From contig JAEOSH010000001.1 in the NCBI GenBank assembly GCA_016840465.1, positions 32,179 to 64,178 on the forward strand: a DNA stretch of 32,000 nucleotides. Reading direction: 5' to 3'. A model generated the notes under the pieces. That model was not told the DNA's origin. It made no database searches and saw nothing but the letters and a program-made list of their open reading frames with translations. Below, in pieces: positions 16,780-25,045 of the stretch (position 1 is the first letter of the stretch; every line of letters starts with the position of its first letter). The position numbers and the translations under genes were made by a program. This DNA comes from Candidatus Baldrarchaeum yapensis (GTDB taxonomy: Archaea; Asgardarchaeota; Baldrarchaeia; Baldrarchaeales; Baldrarchaeaceae).

Positions 16780-18177
16780 TCACTCTTTCTTCTTCTTCTT
16801 TGGAGGAAGTTCTCTCCTGATGATCATCTTCTCAGCCGTTATCTTCACATTCTTAAATATTATTCTGAATCCGCCAGCAACCGGCACTCCTTCAACTGGA
16901 ACCATCGCTGGAACCATTTCTACTTCTTCTGGTACTTCTTCGGCTTTTTCTTCCATCTTTGCCCATCTTTCGACAACAGGGTGACCCTTCTGCTTCAGGA
17001 ACTCTCTCAATTCTTCAATGGTCATAGCATCCTTCTCGGTTGCTATCTTATCATAAAGTTCTGGCGGAATAGCGTCCTTTACACGTTCCTTTATGTGACT
17101 TGGCATCCACACGACCCTAGACCAGCCACCGTCAGCTTGGAAGAACTTTGGAGATCTCATGTAACCTATCGAAATACCAACGAAACCTTCTACCTGACGC
17201 CCTCCGCCAACTTCATTTGCTAACGCTGAGAACGTTAGTCCTATTACTGTTGGCCCTTTGAAGTTTCTGTCAACAATTCCTATTCCATCAACTTCGGGTA
17301 TGTAGAACGCTATTGCTTCGCAACAACCACATGTTGTGTGCGGATAACCGAACATACTATAAAGGTAAACCCGTTCGACTTCGCCAAGAGATTTTTCCCT
17401 GACCGCCTCGTTTGCTCCTGAATATTCTCCCCTTATAGGATCTAAACATTCTCCCTTCTCAACCCTGAAGTTCGGACCCTTCGGATCAATGCGTGCTGCC
17501 GCCCTTGCGTCAAGCCACGATATTGAGCCGCAAAGCGATAGTCTATCCGGTGTAATTATACAGACGTGCGAAGGAGCAAAAGACTGGCATAGAGTACAAC
17601 CGTAAAATTCCTCCACATCCTCATCGTGAAGGGCTAATGCTCTTGCATCTCTTTCCTCATAAATCTTTAATGCCTTATCAAACCATTCCTTGACCTTTTC
17701 CGGATCCGTTATGAAGGTTACCTGTATCTTTTCAATTATTGGAAACTCCGATTTAAAGAGTCGTATGAGCACCTTTCCAATGTAGTTAAAGGAGTTCAAT
17801 CCCTTCTTAAATGATGATCTGCTTAGCCTTAGCCAAATGTCGTAACGTTGGTTTAGATGCATGAATCCCTCAATGTAGTTGCAGAAGTAGTGAATTCTAC
17901 GCTCAAATACACCTTCGAGATCCTTTTCTAACTCTTTGCCTGCGACCTCGACAATAATTCCAAAGGGATATGATTTCCCTTCCTCGAGGTCCTTGATGTC
18001 GGGGCCAACTATTATTACTTTTCCGTCCTCTACTTCCTCAGGTGGCTTGACCAAGCAAAGTTCGAACTTTTCCTTTACATTAGGACCTCCAAACTCGACA
18101 TACATCTGTTCCTTTCTGATACGCTCACCTTCATATATTGGACCGACATCTACCGGGATGTCTTCAAACATTCCCAT
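16780..18177 (-). CDS. cdhC: ACDS beta subunit CdhC (acetyl-CoA synthase, A-cluster subunit)
   Basis: Supporting motifs are CTLCQSFAPSHVCIITPDR, LCG and HTTCGCCEAIAFY (the Cys-Gly-Cys of the A-cluster). It has a lysine-rich tail, PPKKKKKE. Confidence 0.9.
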   Translation of the reverse strand: MGMFEDIPVDVGPIYEGERIRKEQMYVEFGGPNVKEKFELCLVKPPEEVEDGKVIIVGPDIKDLEEGKSYPFGIIVEVAGKELEKDLEGVFERRIHYFCNYIEGFMHLNQRYDIWLRLSRSSFKKGLNSFNYIGKVLIRLFKSEFPIIEKIQVTFITDPEKVKEWFDKALKIYEERDARALALHDEDVEEFYGCTLCQSFAPSHVCIITPDRLSLCGSISWLDARAAARIDPKGPNFRVEKGECLDPIRGEYSGANEAVREKSLGEVERVYLYSMFGYPHTTCGCCEAIAFYIPEVDGIGIVDRNFKGPTVIGLTFSALANEVGGGRQVEGFVGISIGYMRSPKFFQADGGWSRVVWMPSHIKERVKDAIPPELYDKIATEKDAMTIEELREFLKQKGHPVVERWAKMEEKAEEVPEEVEMVPAMVPVEGVPVAGGFRIIFKNVKITAEKMIIRRELPPKKKKKE

Positions 18178-18180
18178 ACC

Positions 18181-18717
18181 TCATCCCCCCTTGAGGGAGG
18201 ATATCATTTTTTCAAGAGCCTCTTTCCAATCTTTTTCGGAGAGGTTGGGGAAGGACCATGTTGCGTTTGGTTGGTACTCCTTATCGAGGGATATCGTGAT
18301 CAACTTGGGTGCGAAATGTTTCAATGCGGATAACATCTGACTCTGTAGGTAGTAGGTGATGCCGAAGAATATAGCATGCGTGTATCCGCCATTTCCGTCG
18401 AATCCTTTCCACTCGGGATCCTTAAGCATGTTTGTTATGTTAATAAGAGGCATTGTTGCAACGGGTTTCACGCCATGTTCGAGGAGTATCTTTCTTGAGT
18501 GCGCCGTTGCAACCACCGGAATTCCAAGCTTTGCAAGCTCAACTACGTACTTCACAAGAGGTTCTCCATCGACTTTCTCGGTGACTATTCTAGCTCCAAC
18601 TATTAGTATTGGTCTCTTCGCCTTTTTCAGTATTTTAGCTACTGCTTCTCCTGATTTTAGGATACTTGCTGTTTTTGGTCCCGGGATATTACTAATCTGC
18701 CAGGGTTTCGCACTCAT
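18181..18717 (-). CDS. cdhB: ACDS epsilon subunit CdhB
   Basis: 178 aa. Supporting segments are MSAKPWQISNIPGPKTA...AKRPILIVGA and PVVATAH. The ATG overlaps the cdhA stop by 4 nt. The size and position are typical of CdhB. Confidence 0.85.
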   Translation of the reverse strand: MSAKPWQISNIPGPKTASILKSGEAVAKILKKAKRPILIVGARIVTEKVDGEPLVKYVVELAKLGIPVVATAHSRKILLEHGVKPVATMPLINITNMLKDPEWKGFDGNGGYTHAIFFGITYYLQSQMLSALKHFAPKLITISLDKEYQPNATWSFPNLSEKDWKEALEKMISSLKGG

Positions 18718-21062
18718 TTCGCCTTCCTCCTTATGAGTCTTGGTAGTAATGTCGGGTCGGGTATCTTCATGGGTTTCCAGCCCTTCTCCTTAAGAAACTC
18801 GAGAACTTCATCCTTCATTGTAATGGGGATATCTGCCTCCGTTCTGACGAACAGGTGCAGATCTTCGGGCAAGCCACCGAAGAACTTCTTGTGTAAGTCT
18901 ATATAGTGGGCAAGCTTTATAGCCCTTCCTTTTGTCGTGTCATTTGGCCTTATACATAACTTCGCTGTCATCACCATTGCCTCCTCCTTGCTCTCGGCAG
19001 GGTAGATTAGGTGCTCAGGAGCCGGACCCGCATACACCTTTTCGCCCGTTCTTGCGTCATACACGTACCAGTCCTCCTCTCTGTCCGGTCTACCAAGATA
19101 CGCCCTACGATACTTGCTCCCATGAGGACCAACTATTGCTGGAATTCCTAGTCTGTTGAAACCTGTAGCGATAGAGGCTGCCTTCTGGCTCATCGCACCC
19201 CAGGCAACACCAACTGCCCCCACTCTGTTGAGTATGTAGTCAGCAATTTCCTCGTAGTTTCCTCTCAGGTTTCTTCGTGCGAATATGCTTGCAATCTTTA
19301 TTGCGGCTCCCGATATGTGCGCATTTGCAACACATGAACCAACGTTAACGAGACAACCTGCGTCGAAGTCTCCAGGATACACCTCGTATAATCCCTTGCC
19401 CTCCTCGGTCAAGTAGCGTGCGATGTCCATTGCCTCACATCCGCTTGCTACAACTATATATCTTCTCCTAAGGAATTCTTCCGCCATTTCTGCAACTTCT
19501 CTATAGCTTCCTGGATAGTTGGGGCAACCAATATAAGCGACTACTCCCGGAATTTCTCCTAACACTATAGGAGCACCAACATTTCTTATCTCAGTGTCCT
19601 TAATCGGACCACGACCCGCTCGTATCTTGTATCTCTCCTTTTCGATCTCTGCCTCAGCGGCCTTTGTCATCAGCGTGAATATCGGGATACCCCTCGGGCA
19701 TGCACTTTCACATCTTCCACATCCGACACAAACTTCTGCCAACTCCGCTAACTTGCTGAGGTCGCCATTCTTGGCTGCTTGAACTGCTTCGTTTACTGGA
19801 TAGTCATTGGGGCATGCCCTTCTACAAGATTTGCAGTTTGTACACTTCTTGGCGAGTTCTATTAATTCCTCCTTGCTAGGTAGCGTTTTGTATTGTTTTC
19901 TAAGTGGTGCTATCTTTATTGCTGTTTTCACTACGAGTTCTGCCGCCTTGCGTGGATCCTCTATGAACACTCCTGGGACTCTAAAGTTCACAAGATCGTC
20001 GACTATTTCATCAATGGGATCATGTGTCCGGTCTGGTAACCCTTCACACTTCTTCTCATTAGTTGCTACCACCGGTGCATGTATTCTTTGCGCTTCTCTC
20101 ACAATATCTGCTCGAATACACTGCTCATCCACTATAATGACATCTGGGATTCCTGTTCTTATATATCTTAATTGTCTGCTGAGAGGACCTATTATTTTGG
20201 CACCGGAATAGTATCGTGTCATGTCATGCGCAGTGCAGCAAACTCCACATACCTCTACCTTATCATAGAGGTTGTGTTCCCTGAGATAATCGACGATCTC
20301 TACAGCAGGTGCAACATTATGGCCGATACACAAGATGACCGGCTTATTCCTATCTACAGTACCGAAACCTATTTCTACAAGTGGGGCGTCTGGGTCTCCC
20401 TTCGGGAAATTAAGCGCAACTATTTGGATTATGTCTGCGATCTCCATGGCTAAATGATCAAGCATACCAACATGGAGGGCCTTGCTTTCAAAGTCCAAGT
20501 AATTTCCTTCCTGACCAGTGTGTGTTGCACTTAATAGTTGTACCAATTGTTCCTCTACATACTTTAGTGCAACATCGAAATCGCCTATTGTTTTCGGTCT
20601 AAAACCACAAATTAGTCTTGTATGGGGAGCTTCTACTGCAATATCTCCTCCGAGGTCAACTGGGACATTTCTACCAAACTTCTCCACCAAATAGTGCCAT
20701 AAGTGTCGAGCATGACCTGCGTGGGCGGCGAGACCGATTAGGCACGCCAGTAGCACAATTCTACCCTGTTGAGTTCCTATATCGAGGCCACAAGCACCAC
20801 GTTTTCCTGCGGTGAGATCACATTTGCCATATGTACATAAGCAACATAAATCACAGAAGGGTGCATAGAAGGGCTTATATCTCTTTAATAATGTCATATC
20901 CCACGATCTGAGATCCGTGACTTTGGGGAAGGGTGTCGGCCCCATTGGTTCCCATTCTTCCTCTTCTTCTATCACCGCGCCAATTGCGACCTCAAGGCCC
21001 TTTATCACGCCAATAGTCGTCTGCACTTCGGTTGCTTTAAGACGCAAGGATTCTCCGCTCAA
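18714..21062 (-). CDS. cdhA: ACDS alpha subunit CdhA (Ni-Fe CO dehydrogenase component)
   Basis: 782 aa. N-terminal Cys cluster: FYAPFCDLCCLCTYGKCDL...RGACG. HAGHARH is present. The archaeal-type inserted 2x[4Fe-4S] motifs are CTNCKSCRRACP and CVGCGRCESACP, with C-cluster region motifs CGVCC and GSCVANAH. The TTG start at 21062 is preceded by GGTGGCGGAG and an in-frame TAA. Confidence 0.9.
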   Translation of the reverse strand: MSGESLRLKATEVQTTIGVIKGLEVAIGAVIEEEEEWEPMGPTPFPKVTDLRSWDMTLLKRYKPFYAPFCDLCCLCTYGKCDLTAGKRGACGLDIGTQQGRIVLLACLIGLAAHAGHARHLWHYLVEKFGRNVPVDLGGDIAVEAPHTRLICGFRPKTIGDFDVALKYVEEQLVQLLSATHTGQEGNYLDFESKALHVGMLDHLAMEIADIIQIVALNFPKGDPDAPLVEIGFGTVDRNKPVILCIGHNVAPAVEIVDYLREHNLYDKVEVCGVCCTAHDMTRYYSGAKIIGPLSRQLRYIRTGIPDVIIVDEQCIRADIVREAQRIHAPVVATNEKKCEGLPDRTHDPIDEIVDDLVNFRVPGVFIEDPRKAAELVVKTAIKIAPLRKQYKTLPSKEELIELAKKCTNCKSCRRACPNDYPVNEAVQAAKNGDLSKLAELAEVCVGCGRCESACPRGIPIFTLMTKAAEAEIEKERYKIRAGRGPIKDTEIRNVGAPIVLGEIPGVVAYIGCPNYPGSYREVAEMAEEFLRRRYIVVASGCEAMDIARYLTEEGKGLYEVYPGDFDAGCLVNVGSCVANAHISGAAIKIASIFARRNLRGNYEEIADYILNRVGAVGVAWGAMSQKAASIATGFNRLGIPAIVGPHGSKYRRAYLGRPDREEDWYVYDARTGEKVYAGPAPEHLIYPAESKEEAMVMTAKLCIRPNDTTKGRAIKLAHYIDLHKKFFGGLPEDLHLFVRTEADIPITMKDEVLEFLKEKGWKPMKIPDPTLLPRLIRRKAK

Positions 21063-21113
21063 TGCTCCGCCACCTTAAGTTCATTTCGGTTCTCTATCTA
21101 AGAGATTCAGAAA

Positions 21114-21128
21114 ATTTAAAATCTTTAT
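21114..21128 (-). promoter_or_regulatory. Candidate proximal cdh promoter (minus strand: CATAAAGATTTTAAAT, a BRE/TATA-like element)
   Basis: It is centred about 55-60 nt upstream of the cdhA TTG, which would give a leader of about 30-35 nt containing the SD. The 11-mer ATAAAGATTTT recurs at 21340..21350. Confidence 0.35.
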
Positions 21129-21339
21129 GCCGAGATTGCGAATTGAGGGTGTTACCTTTTTCGAGAAAATTATTACCATATGTGAGGACCTTTCATATGA
21201 GTATTTTTATCGCCTCATAACAACGTGCTTCTCTTCGTTTTTTACGCTCTATATCTCTTTATTAAGCTCGTACTTATCGCTATAAGTAAAGATTGCAATG
21301 CTTTTGAGAAACTGTACCATATTTGCTCGTAAATATGCA

Positions 21340-21350
21340 AAAATCTTTAT
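21340..21350 (-). promoter_or_regulatory. Second exact copy of ATAAAGATTTT (possible distal promoter element)
   Basis: The plus-strand sequence aaaatctttat is identical to 21118..21128, which lies 222 bp away in the same orientation. Confidence 0.2.
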
Positions 21351-21487
21351 AAACAACGTCTAAATCGAAATATTCGCTATTATAACTTGCAATATGTTAA
21401 TCTCCTAGTTTGAATATTCACTGTACTAATTTTCAGATAGCTTTTCTGGAAATCTTCTTCGTCCGATTGTGATGATGCCAGATGTCA

Positions 21488-21544
21488 AGGAAAAAGATTA
21501 GATTGCTGCGAAAAGACAGTGTACTAAAATATTTTCGCAAATTA
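21488..21544 (-). terminator. ftr terminator candidate: 7-bp stem hairpin plus oligo-T tracts
   Basis: GCGAAAA (21508..21514) pairs with TTTTCGC (21532..21538) around a 17-nt loop, starting 7 nt past the ftr stop. On the minus strand this is followed by TCTTTTTC (T5 at 21495..21491). Confidence 0.4.
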
Positions 21545-22441
21545 TCATTTGAAGAGTTCATGGAGGTGTATTTTATATTGTCCCAGTTTTCCTCCGTAGT
21601 TTCCTGCTGATATCATCTTCACTCCAGGAACTTTTGCTGCCTCTCTTATTCCCACGGCCATTGCTTCCTTAACGCTCTCTAAGGTTAGGCCATTTATCAC
21701 GATCTCGTAGACGCAGTTTACGCCCTCCGGTATCTTGCTGTCAGTAACTTTTTCTCTTAAAGTTGGACAATATTGGTGATTTGTCGATGCATGCATGAAT
21801 TTATATTTCAAGCTTCCAACTTTGCTTCCGCTTCTGCATATACCACCAGGGAATGGTGTTATAACGCCTTCTACTTTGCTAATTACATCAACAGCTCTTT
21901 TTGCTGCTTCAAGGCCTGCCTTGAGGTTTTCAGATAATATTAAGAAGTTTCCTCCGGCAACTCCTTTCTTTCCTCCGAAAGTCTCCTCTATTATGAACTC
22001 TCCTTCCATTACCGGAATCTTCCAGACAGTTCGCCCGCCTATTTCTCCTTTTTCCTCAAATCCATCTCCAAAATATCTGATTTGCCTCCCGGTTGGGAAT
22101 GTTATTTCTGGATCTTCAAGAGCATTGAATGCAGCTGTTGTGGGGGCAGTTAATACGCATTGCGATATTCTAGCTAATAATTGCTCACCAAGGCTTTTCT
22201 TTTTTGACGTGCAAATAATTATAGTTACACCCGGTCTGCCATCGGGGGTTTTTTCCGATGGAACCTCTACGTCTATGCCACACTCGCTTGGGCACATGAT
22301 TACGGAAGTGCCAAAGCCGACCGCGCTTCTTGCAGCAGTATATGCCCACTCTAGAGATTCGGCTGTTATTAGAACCCTAGCCATCCACATTTGAAACGCT
22401 TCGGCGAATGTATCTTCAATTTCGACACCATTTATTTTCAT
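21545..22441 (-). CDS. ftr: Formylmethanofuran:H4MPT formyltransferase (Ftr)
   Basis: 298 aa. Supporting segments are MKINGVEIEDTFAEAF.MW.ARVLITA, GFGTSVIMCPSE.GID and GRPGV. The length and N-terminal pattern are typical of Ftr. An SD (GGGGTGG) lies upstream. Confidence 0.9.
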   Translation of the reverse strand: MKINGVEIEDTFAEAFQMWMARVLITAESLEWAYTAARSAVGFGTSVIMCPSECGIDVEVPSEKTPDGRPGVTIIICTSKKKSLGEQLLARISQCVLTAPTTAAFNALEDPEITFPTGRQIRYFGDGFEEKGEIGGRTVWKIPVMEGEFIIEETFGGKKGVAGGNFLILSENLKAGLEAAKRAVDVISKVEGVITPFPGGICRSGSKVGSLKYKFMHASTNHQYCPTLREKVTDSKIPEGVNCVYEIVINGLTLESVKEAMAVGIREAAKVPGVKMISAGNYGGKLGQYKIHLHELFK

Positions 22442-22545
22442 TTTTGAACCACCCCACTCTGCTACCCGATCTCACGTGTGGGATAACTATTTATTCATTT
22501 CAAGATTCCGTTTCATAAAGCGTTTCGTGGAGATGGGTGAGTGCC

Positions 22546-23388
22546 ATGAAAGAAGTCGTTAGAGTGGGCGTCGTTAAATGCGGAAATCTCGGAACTTCAA
22601 CCATGGTTGAACTCCTTTTAGATGAGAGAGCAGATAGGGAGGACATCGACGTTCGTGTGGTTACGAGTGGTACCAAACTCGCACCCGATGCGGCAGAAGA
22701 TGCCGCAAAGGCCATCTTGCAATTCAATCCGGACCTTGTTATAATAATATCACCGAATGCCGCACTTCCTGGACCCTCACGTGCAAGGGAGGTAATAGCA
22801 GGCGCCAACATCCCAACGATAGTCATAAGCGATGGCCCTGGAAAGAAGGCAGTGAAGGATATCGAGGCAAAGGGCATGGGGTATATAATAATTCCTGCTG
22901 ATGCAATGCTCGGCGCGCGTAGGGAGTTCTTAGACCCGATTGAAATGGCAATATTCAATGCAGACATAATAAAGGTACTGGCGGTCACTGGGGTGTTCAA
23001 CATAGTCTACCAAGAAATCGATAAGGTTATAGAGAGCATAAAGAAGGGAGAAAAGCCGGAACTCCCGAAGATAATAATCGATAAAGAACTTGCGACAAAC
23101 GCTGCCGGCTTTGAGAATCCTTATGCACGTGTTAAGGCCATGGCCGCGTATGAGATGGCAAGATTTGTAGCAGATTTGACAGTGGAGGGATGTTTTGTCG
23201 TAAAGGAGAGAGAGCGCTACATACCGATAGTTGCAGCCGCACATGAACTCATGAGATATGCCGCATTTCTTGCCGATGAAGCCAGAGAAATAGAGAAGTA
23301 CGGCGATCATGTACTTAGGATGCCACATCATAAGACAGGACAGATCCTCATAAAGAGAAAACTCCTTGAGAAACCTGCAAAACAATAA
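22546..23388 (+). CDS. mtd: F420-dependent methylene-H4MPT dehydrogenase (Mtd)
   Basis: Supporting segments are VRVGVVKCGNLGTSTMVELLLDERADREDIDVRVVTSG and GYIIIPADAMLGARREFLDP. The protein is about 280 aa. The ATG at 22546 is preferred over the track GTG at 22537. Confidence 0.9.
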   Translation: MKEVVRVGVVKCGNLGTSTMVELLLDERADREDIDVRVVTSGTKLAPDAAEDAAKAILQFNPDLVIIISPNAALPGPSRAREVIAGANIPTIVISDGPGKKAVKDIEAKGMGYIIIPADAMLGARREFLDPIEMAIFNADIIKVLAVTGVFNIVYQEIDKVIESIKKGEKPELPKIIIDKELATNAAGFENPYARVKAMAAYEMARFVADLTVEGCFVVKERERYIPIVAAAHELMRYAAFLADEAREIEKYGDHVLRMPHHKTGQILIKRKLLEKPAKQ

Positions 23389-23432
23389 AAAATGCAAAAA
23401 TTACCTTATCTTTTTTGACTTATACGAGATTG
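23389..23432. terminator. Bidirectional T-rich terminator region between convergent mtd and the polyferredoxin gene
   Basis: The plus strand has TCTTTTTTG (23409..23417) after the mtd TAA. The minus strand has ATTTTTGCATTTT after the polyferredoxin TAA. Confidence 0.35.
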
Positions 23433-24107
23433 TTAGGAGGTTATCGGTTTCAATAACTTCTCTACAATTTCGTTCCAGAACTCCGTATGCTCCCCTTCCC
23501 ATAGCACTTTTGTCCGCTTTAATTCTATTGCTCCCTCAGCAGGGCACGCGAAGACACATGTACCGCAAAATATGCACTTATCCTTGTCCACATTCACCTT
23601 TGGAACCTTTTCCCAACCTTTTGATGGTTTAGGTATAGTAATTGCTTCTGTCGGACAAACATCGGCACATGTGGAGCATCCTCCGGGACATTTATCGATG
23701 TTTATCTTTATCTCACCCTCAAAGTATTTTTTCGCTTTAATTCCATATTTGGGGCACTCTACTTCTTCATACTTAAGTTCCGGTACTGCTTTCTGCTCTT
23801 TTAGTATTAATTTGTGCTCTCCGTTTATTTTGAGTTCTAGAGCACCAAATGGGCATAAAATGTCACATAGGCCGCATAGAGAACATTTTTGTTCGTTTAT
23901 TATCACGGGCGGCAATTTTGTTAAACCTCTCTTAGATGCGCCCACTGGCCCGCGCTCGATTGCCTCCTTGGGACAAGCGGTTGCACATATCCCACAACCG
24001 ACACATAGATTCTTATTTAGGGTCAATGTGACCCTAACGTTGAGAAGGCGAAGTTCTACGGTCATCCTGTCCTCTTCTATTTTGCGAGCAAGCATGGGGA
24101 TCGTCAT
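23433..24107 (-). CDS. fwdF: Polyferredoxin with four [4Fe-4S] motifs (FwdF/FwdH-like)
   Basis: The four motifs are CVGCGICATACP, CSLCGLCDILCP, CPGGCSTCADVCP and CIFCGTCVFACP. The gene is divergent from fwdG-D-B. The ATG at 24107 is preceded by GGAGG. It is shorter than the 8-cluster FwdF I recall, so the subunit name is tentative. Confidence 0.6.
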   Translation of the reverse strand: MTIPMLARKIEEDRMTVELRLLNVRVTLTLNKNLCVGCGICATACPKEAIERGPVGASKRGLTKLPPVIINEQKCSLCGLCDILCPFGALELKINGEHKLILKEQKAVPELKYEEVECPKYGIKAKKYFEGEIKINIDKCPGGCSTCADVCPTEAITIPKPSKGWEKVPKVNVDKDKCIFCGTCVFACPAEGAIELKRTKVLWEGEHTEFWNEIVEKLLKPITS

Positions 24108-24332
24108 TTTGGCTTTCCTCCGCGTTAGCATTTAACTATTCGTGTGGCATAGAAGGTGAGCGGTGTCGAGATAGTCTAAAGTTTCATATATTTTAGGATA
24201 TTGCCCGGAGAGACGAGTCCACTGCCACCTTTTGGGTGCCGTGTTTACATATTTATTGCTCTTGCCCGCAGTGATGCCATAGCTAAATTATTAATATGAG
24301 GACTTTAAGTACCATAACGCGTGGTGCCGGAA

Positions 24333-24602
24333 ATGGCGGTGAAAATAGAGATCGATCATCGGAAATGTATGGGTTGTGGAAATTGTGTTGCAGTTTGCCC
24401 GGCCAATAGAAAAGCGGATCCTGCAGTTGCGTTGAGTGGTGCCGTATTTTCCGATAATGTCGTCTTAAGAGTTATAAACGGGGTTGCTTGTGTTATTAAT
24501 GAAAGTTTATGTTTGGCGCGTGTCTATGATTGTTCCGCATGTATGGATGTATGTCCCTCAGGCGCTCTTAAATTAACAAAATACCCGCGAAGTAAAAAAT
24601 AA
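24333..24602 (+). CDS. fwdG: Small 2x[4Fe-4S] ferredoxin subunit, FwdG-like
   Basis: The first motif is CMGCGNCVAVCP. The second is C-x7-CSACMDVCP. The protein is about 90 aa and lies immediately upstream of fwdD. Confidence 0.6.
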   Translation: MAVKIEIDHRKCMGCGNCVAVCPANRKADPAVALSGAVFSDNVVLRVINGVACVINESLCLARVYDCSACMDVCPSGALKLTKYPRSKK

Positions 24603-24619
24603 GTCAGGGGAGACGTGCA

Positions 24620-25045
24620 ATGGCGAAGCGGGAGCTGAAGGTGATAATAATAACCGGTAGGTCAATAGAGCAAGGAATAGCGATAGAGGGCGGAAAGATG
24701 GAAATGGAATATCCTAGGGCATGTGGAGTTTGTTACATGGATCCTTCTGACATGGAAAAACTGGATCTGATAGCAGGCGATCCTGTGCTTGTTAGAACAA
24801 AATTCGGCGAGGTTGTTTTGACGGCTGTCAGATCGGAATATGCACCCCATGAGGGGATAGTGTTCATTCCCATGGGGCCATGGGCCAACAAAATCATAGA
24901 CCCCAATACTAGTAGTATTGGAATGCCATCCTTTAAGGGTGTAGAGGGTGTCGTCCAGAAGTTGGAAGATTTGGGAAAAAGGCCGCCGACAGCCACCGAA
25001 ATAGTTGAGGAGGTTAAGAAGACGGAGGGGTCCAAATATGCCTGA
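24620..25045 (+). CDS. fwdD: Formylmethanofuran dehydrogenase subunit D (molybdopterin dinucleotide-binding domain)
   Basis: 141 aa. Supporting segments are LKVIIITGRSIEQG, GDPVLVRTKFGEVVLTA and GIVFIPMGPWAN. An SD (GGGGAG) is present. W versus Mo type cannot be told from the sequence. Confidence 0.8.
   Translation: MAKRELKVIIITGRSIEQGIAIEGGKMEMEYPRACGVCYMDPSDMEKLDLIAGDPVLVRTKFGEVVLTAVRSEYAPHEGIVFIPMGPWANKIIDPNTSSIGMPSFKGVEGVVQKLEDLGKRPPTATEIVEEVKKTEGSKYA

Noticed and set aside
21127-21285. A 52-codon ORF (MPRLRIEGVTFFEKIITICEDLSYEYFYRL...) in the long spacer
   Set aside because: It has no SD and no suitably spaced TATA. It starts inside the putative cdh promoter, and its hydrophobic, low-complexity tail is typical of AT-rich non-coding sequence.
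21469-21475. A C-box-like GTGATGA in the cdh-ftr spacer
   Set aside because: No CTGA D box lies within 50-70 nt downstream on that strand, and there is no terminal stem.
21795-22394. Long antisense ORFs in the track, for example 21795..22394 (+, 199 aa, opposite ftr), 23572..24135 (+, opposite the polyferredoxin), 22500..23003 and 22930..23397 (-, opposite mtd), 7532..8020, 16490..16984, 14551..15000 and 6818..7195
   Set aside because: Each lies fully inside a well-supported gene on the other strand. Each has low-complexity S/P/T/L/F-rich composition with no recognisable motifs. They are the expected by-product of the sense strand avoiding TTA, CTA and TCA codons.
22453-22482. A CACGTG palindrome and CCCAC...GTGGG arms in the ftr-mtd divergent spacer
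   Set aside because: The arms are only 5 nt and the palindrome only 6 nt, which is expected by chance. The GGGGTGG also doubles as the ftr Shine-Dalgarno sequence.
25005-25037. The track start of fwdB at 25005 (MRRLRRRRGPN...)
   Set aside because: The Arg-rich extension is an out-of-frame read-through of the fwdD 3' end. The ATG at 25038, with GGAGGGG upstream, gives the conserved MPEVV..VVCPFCG N-terminus.
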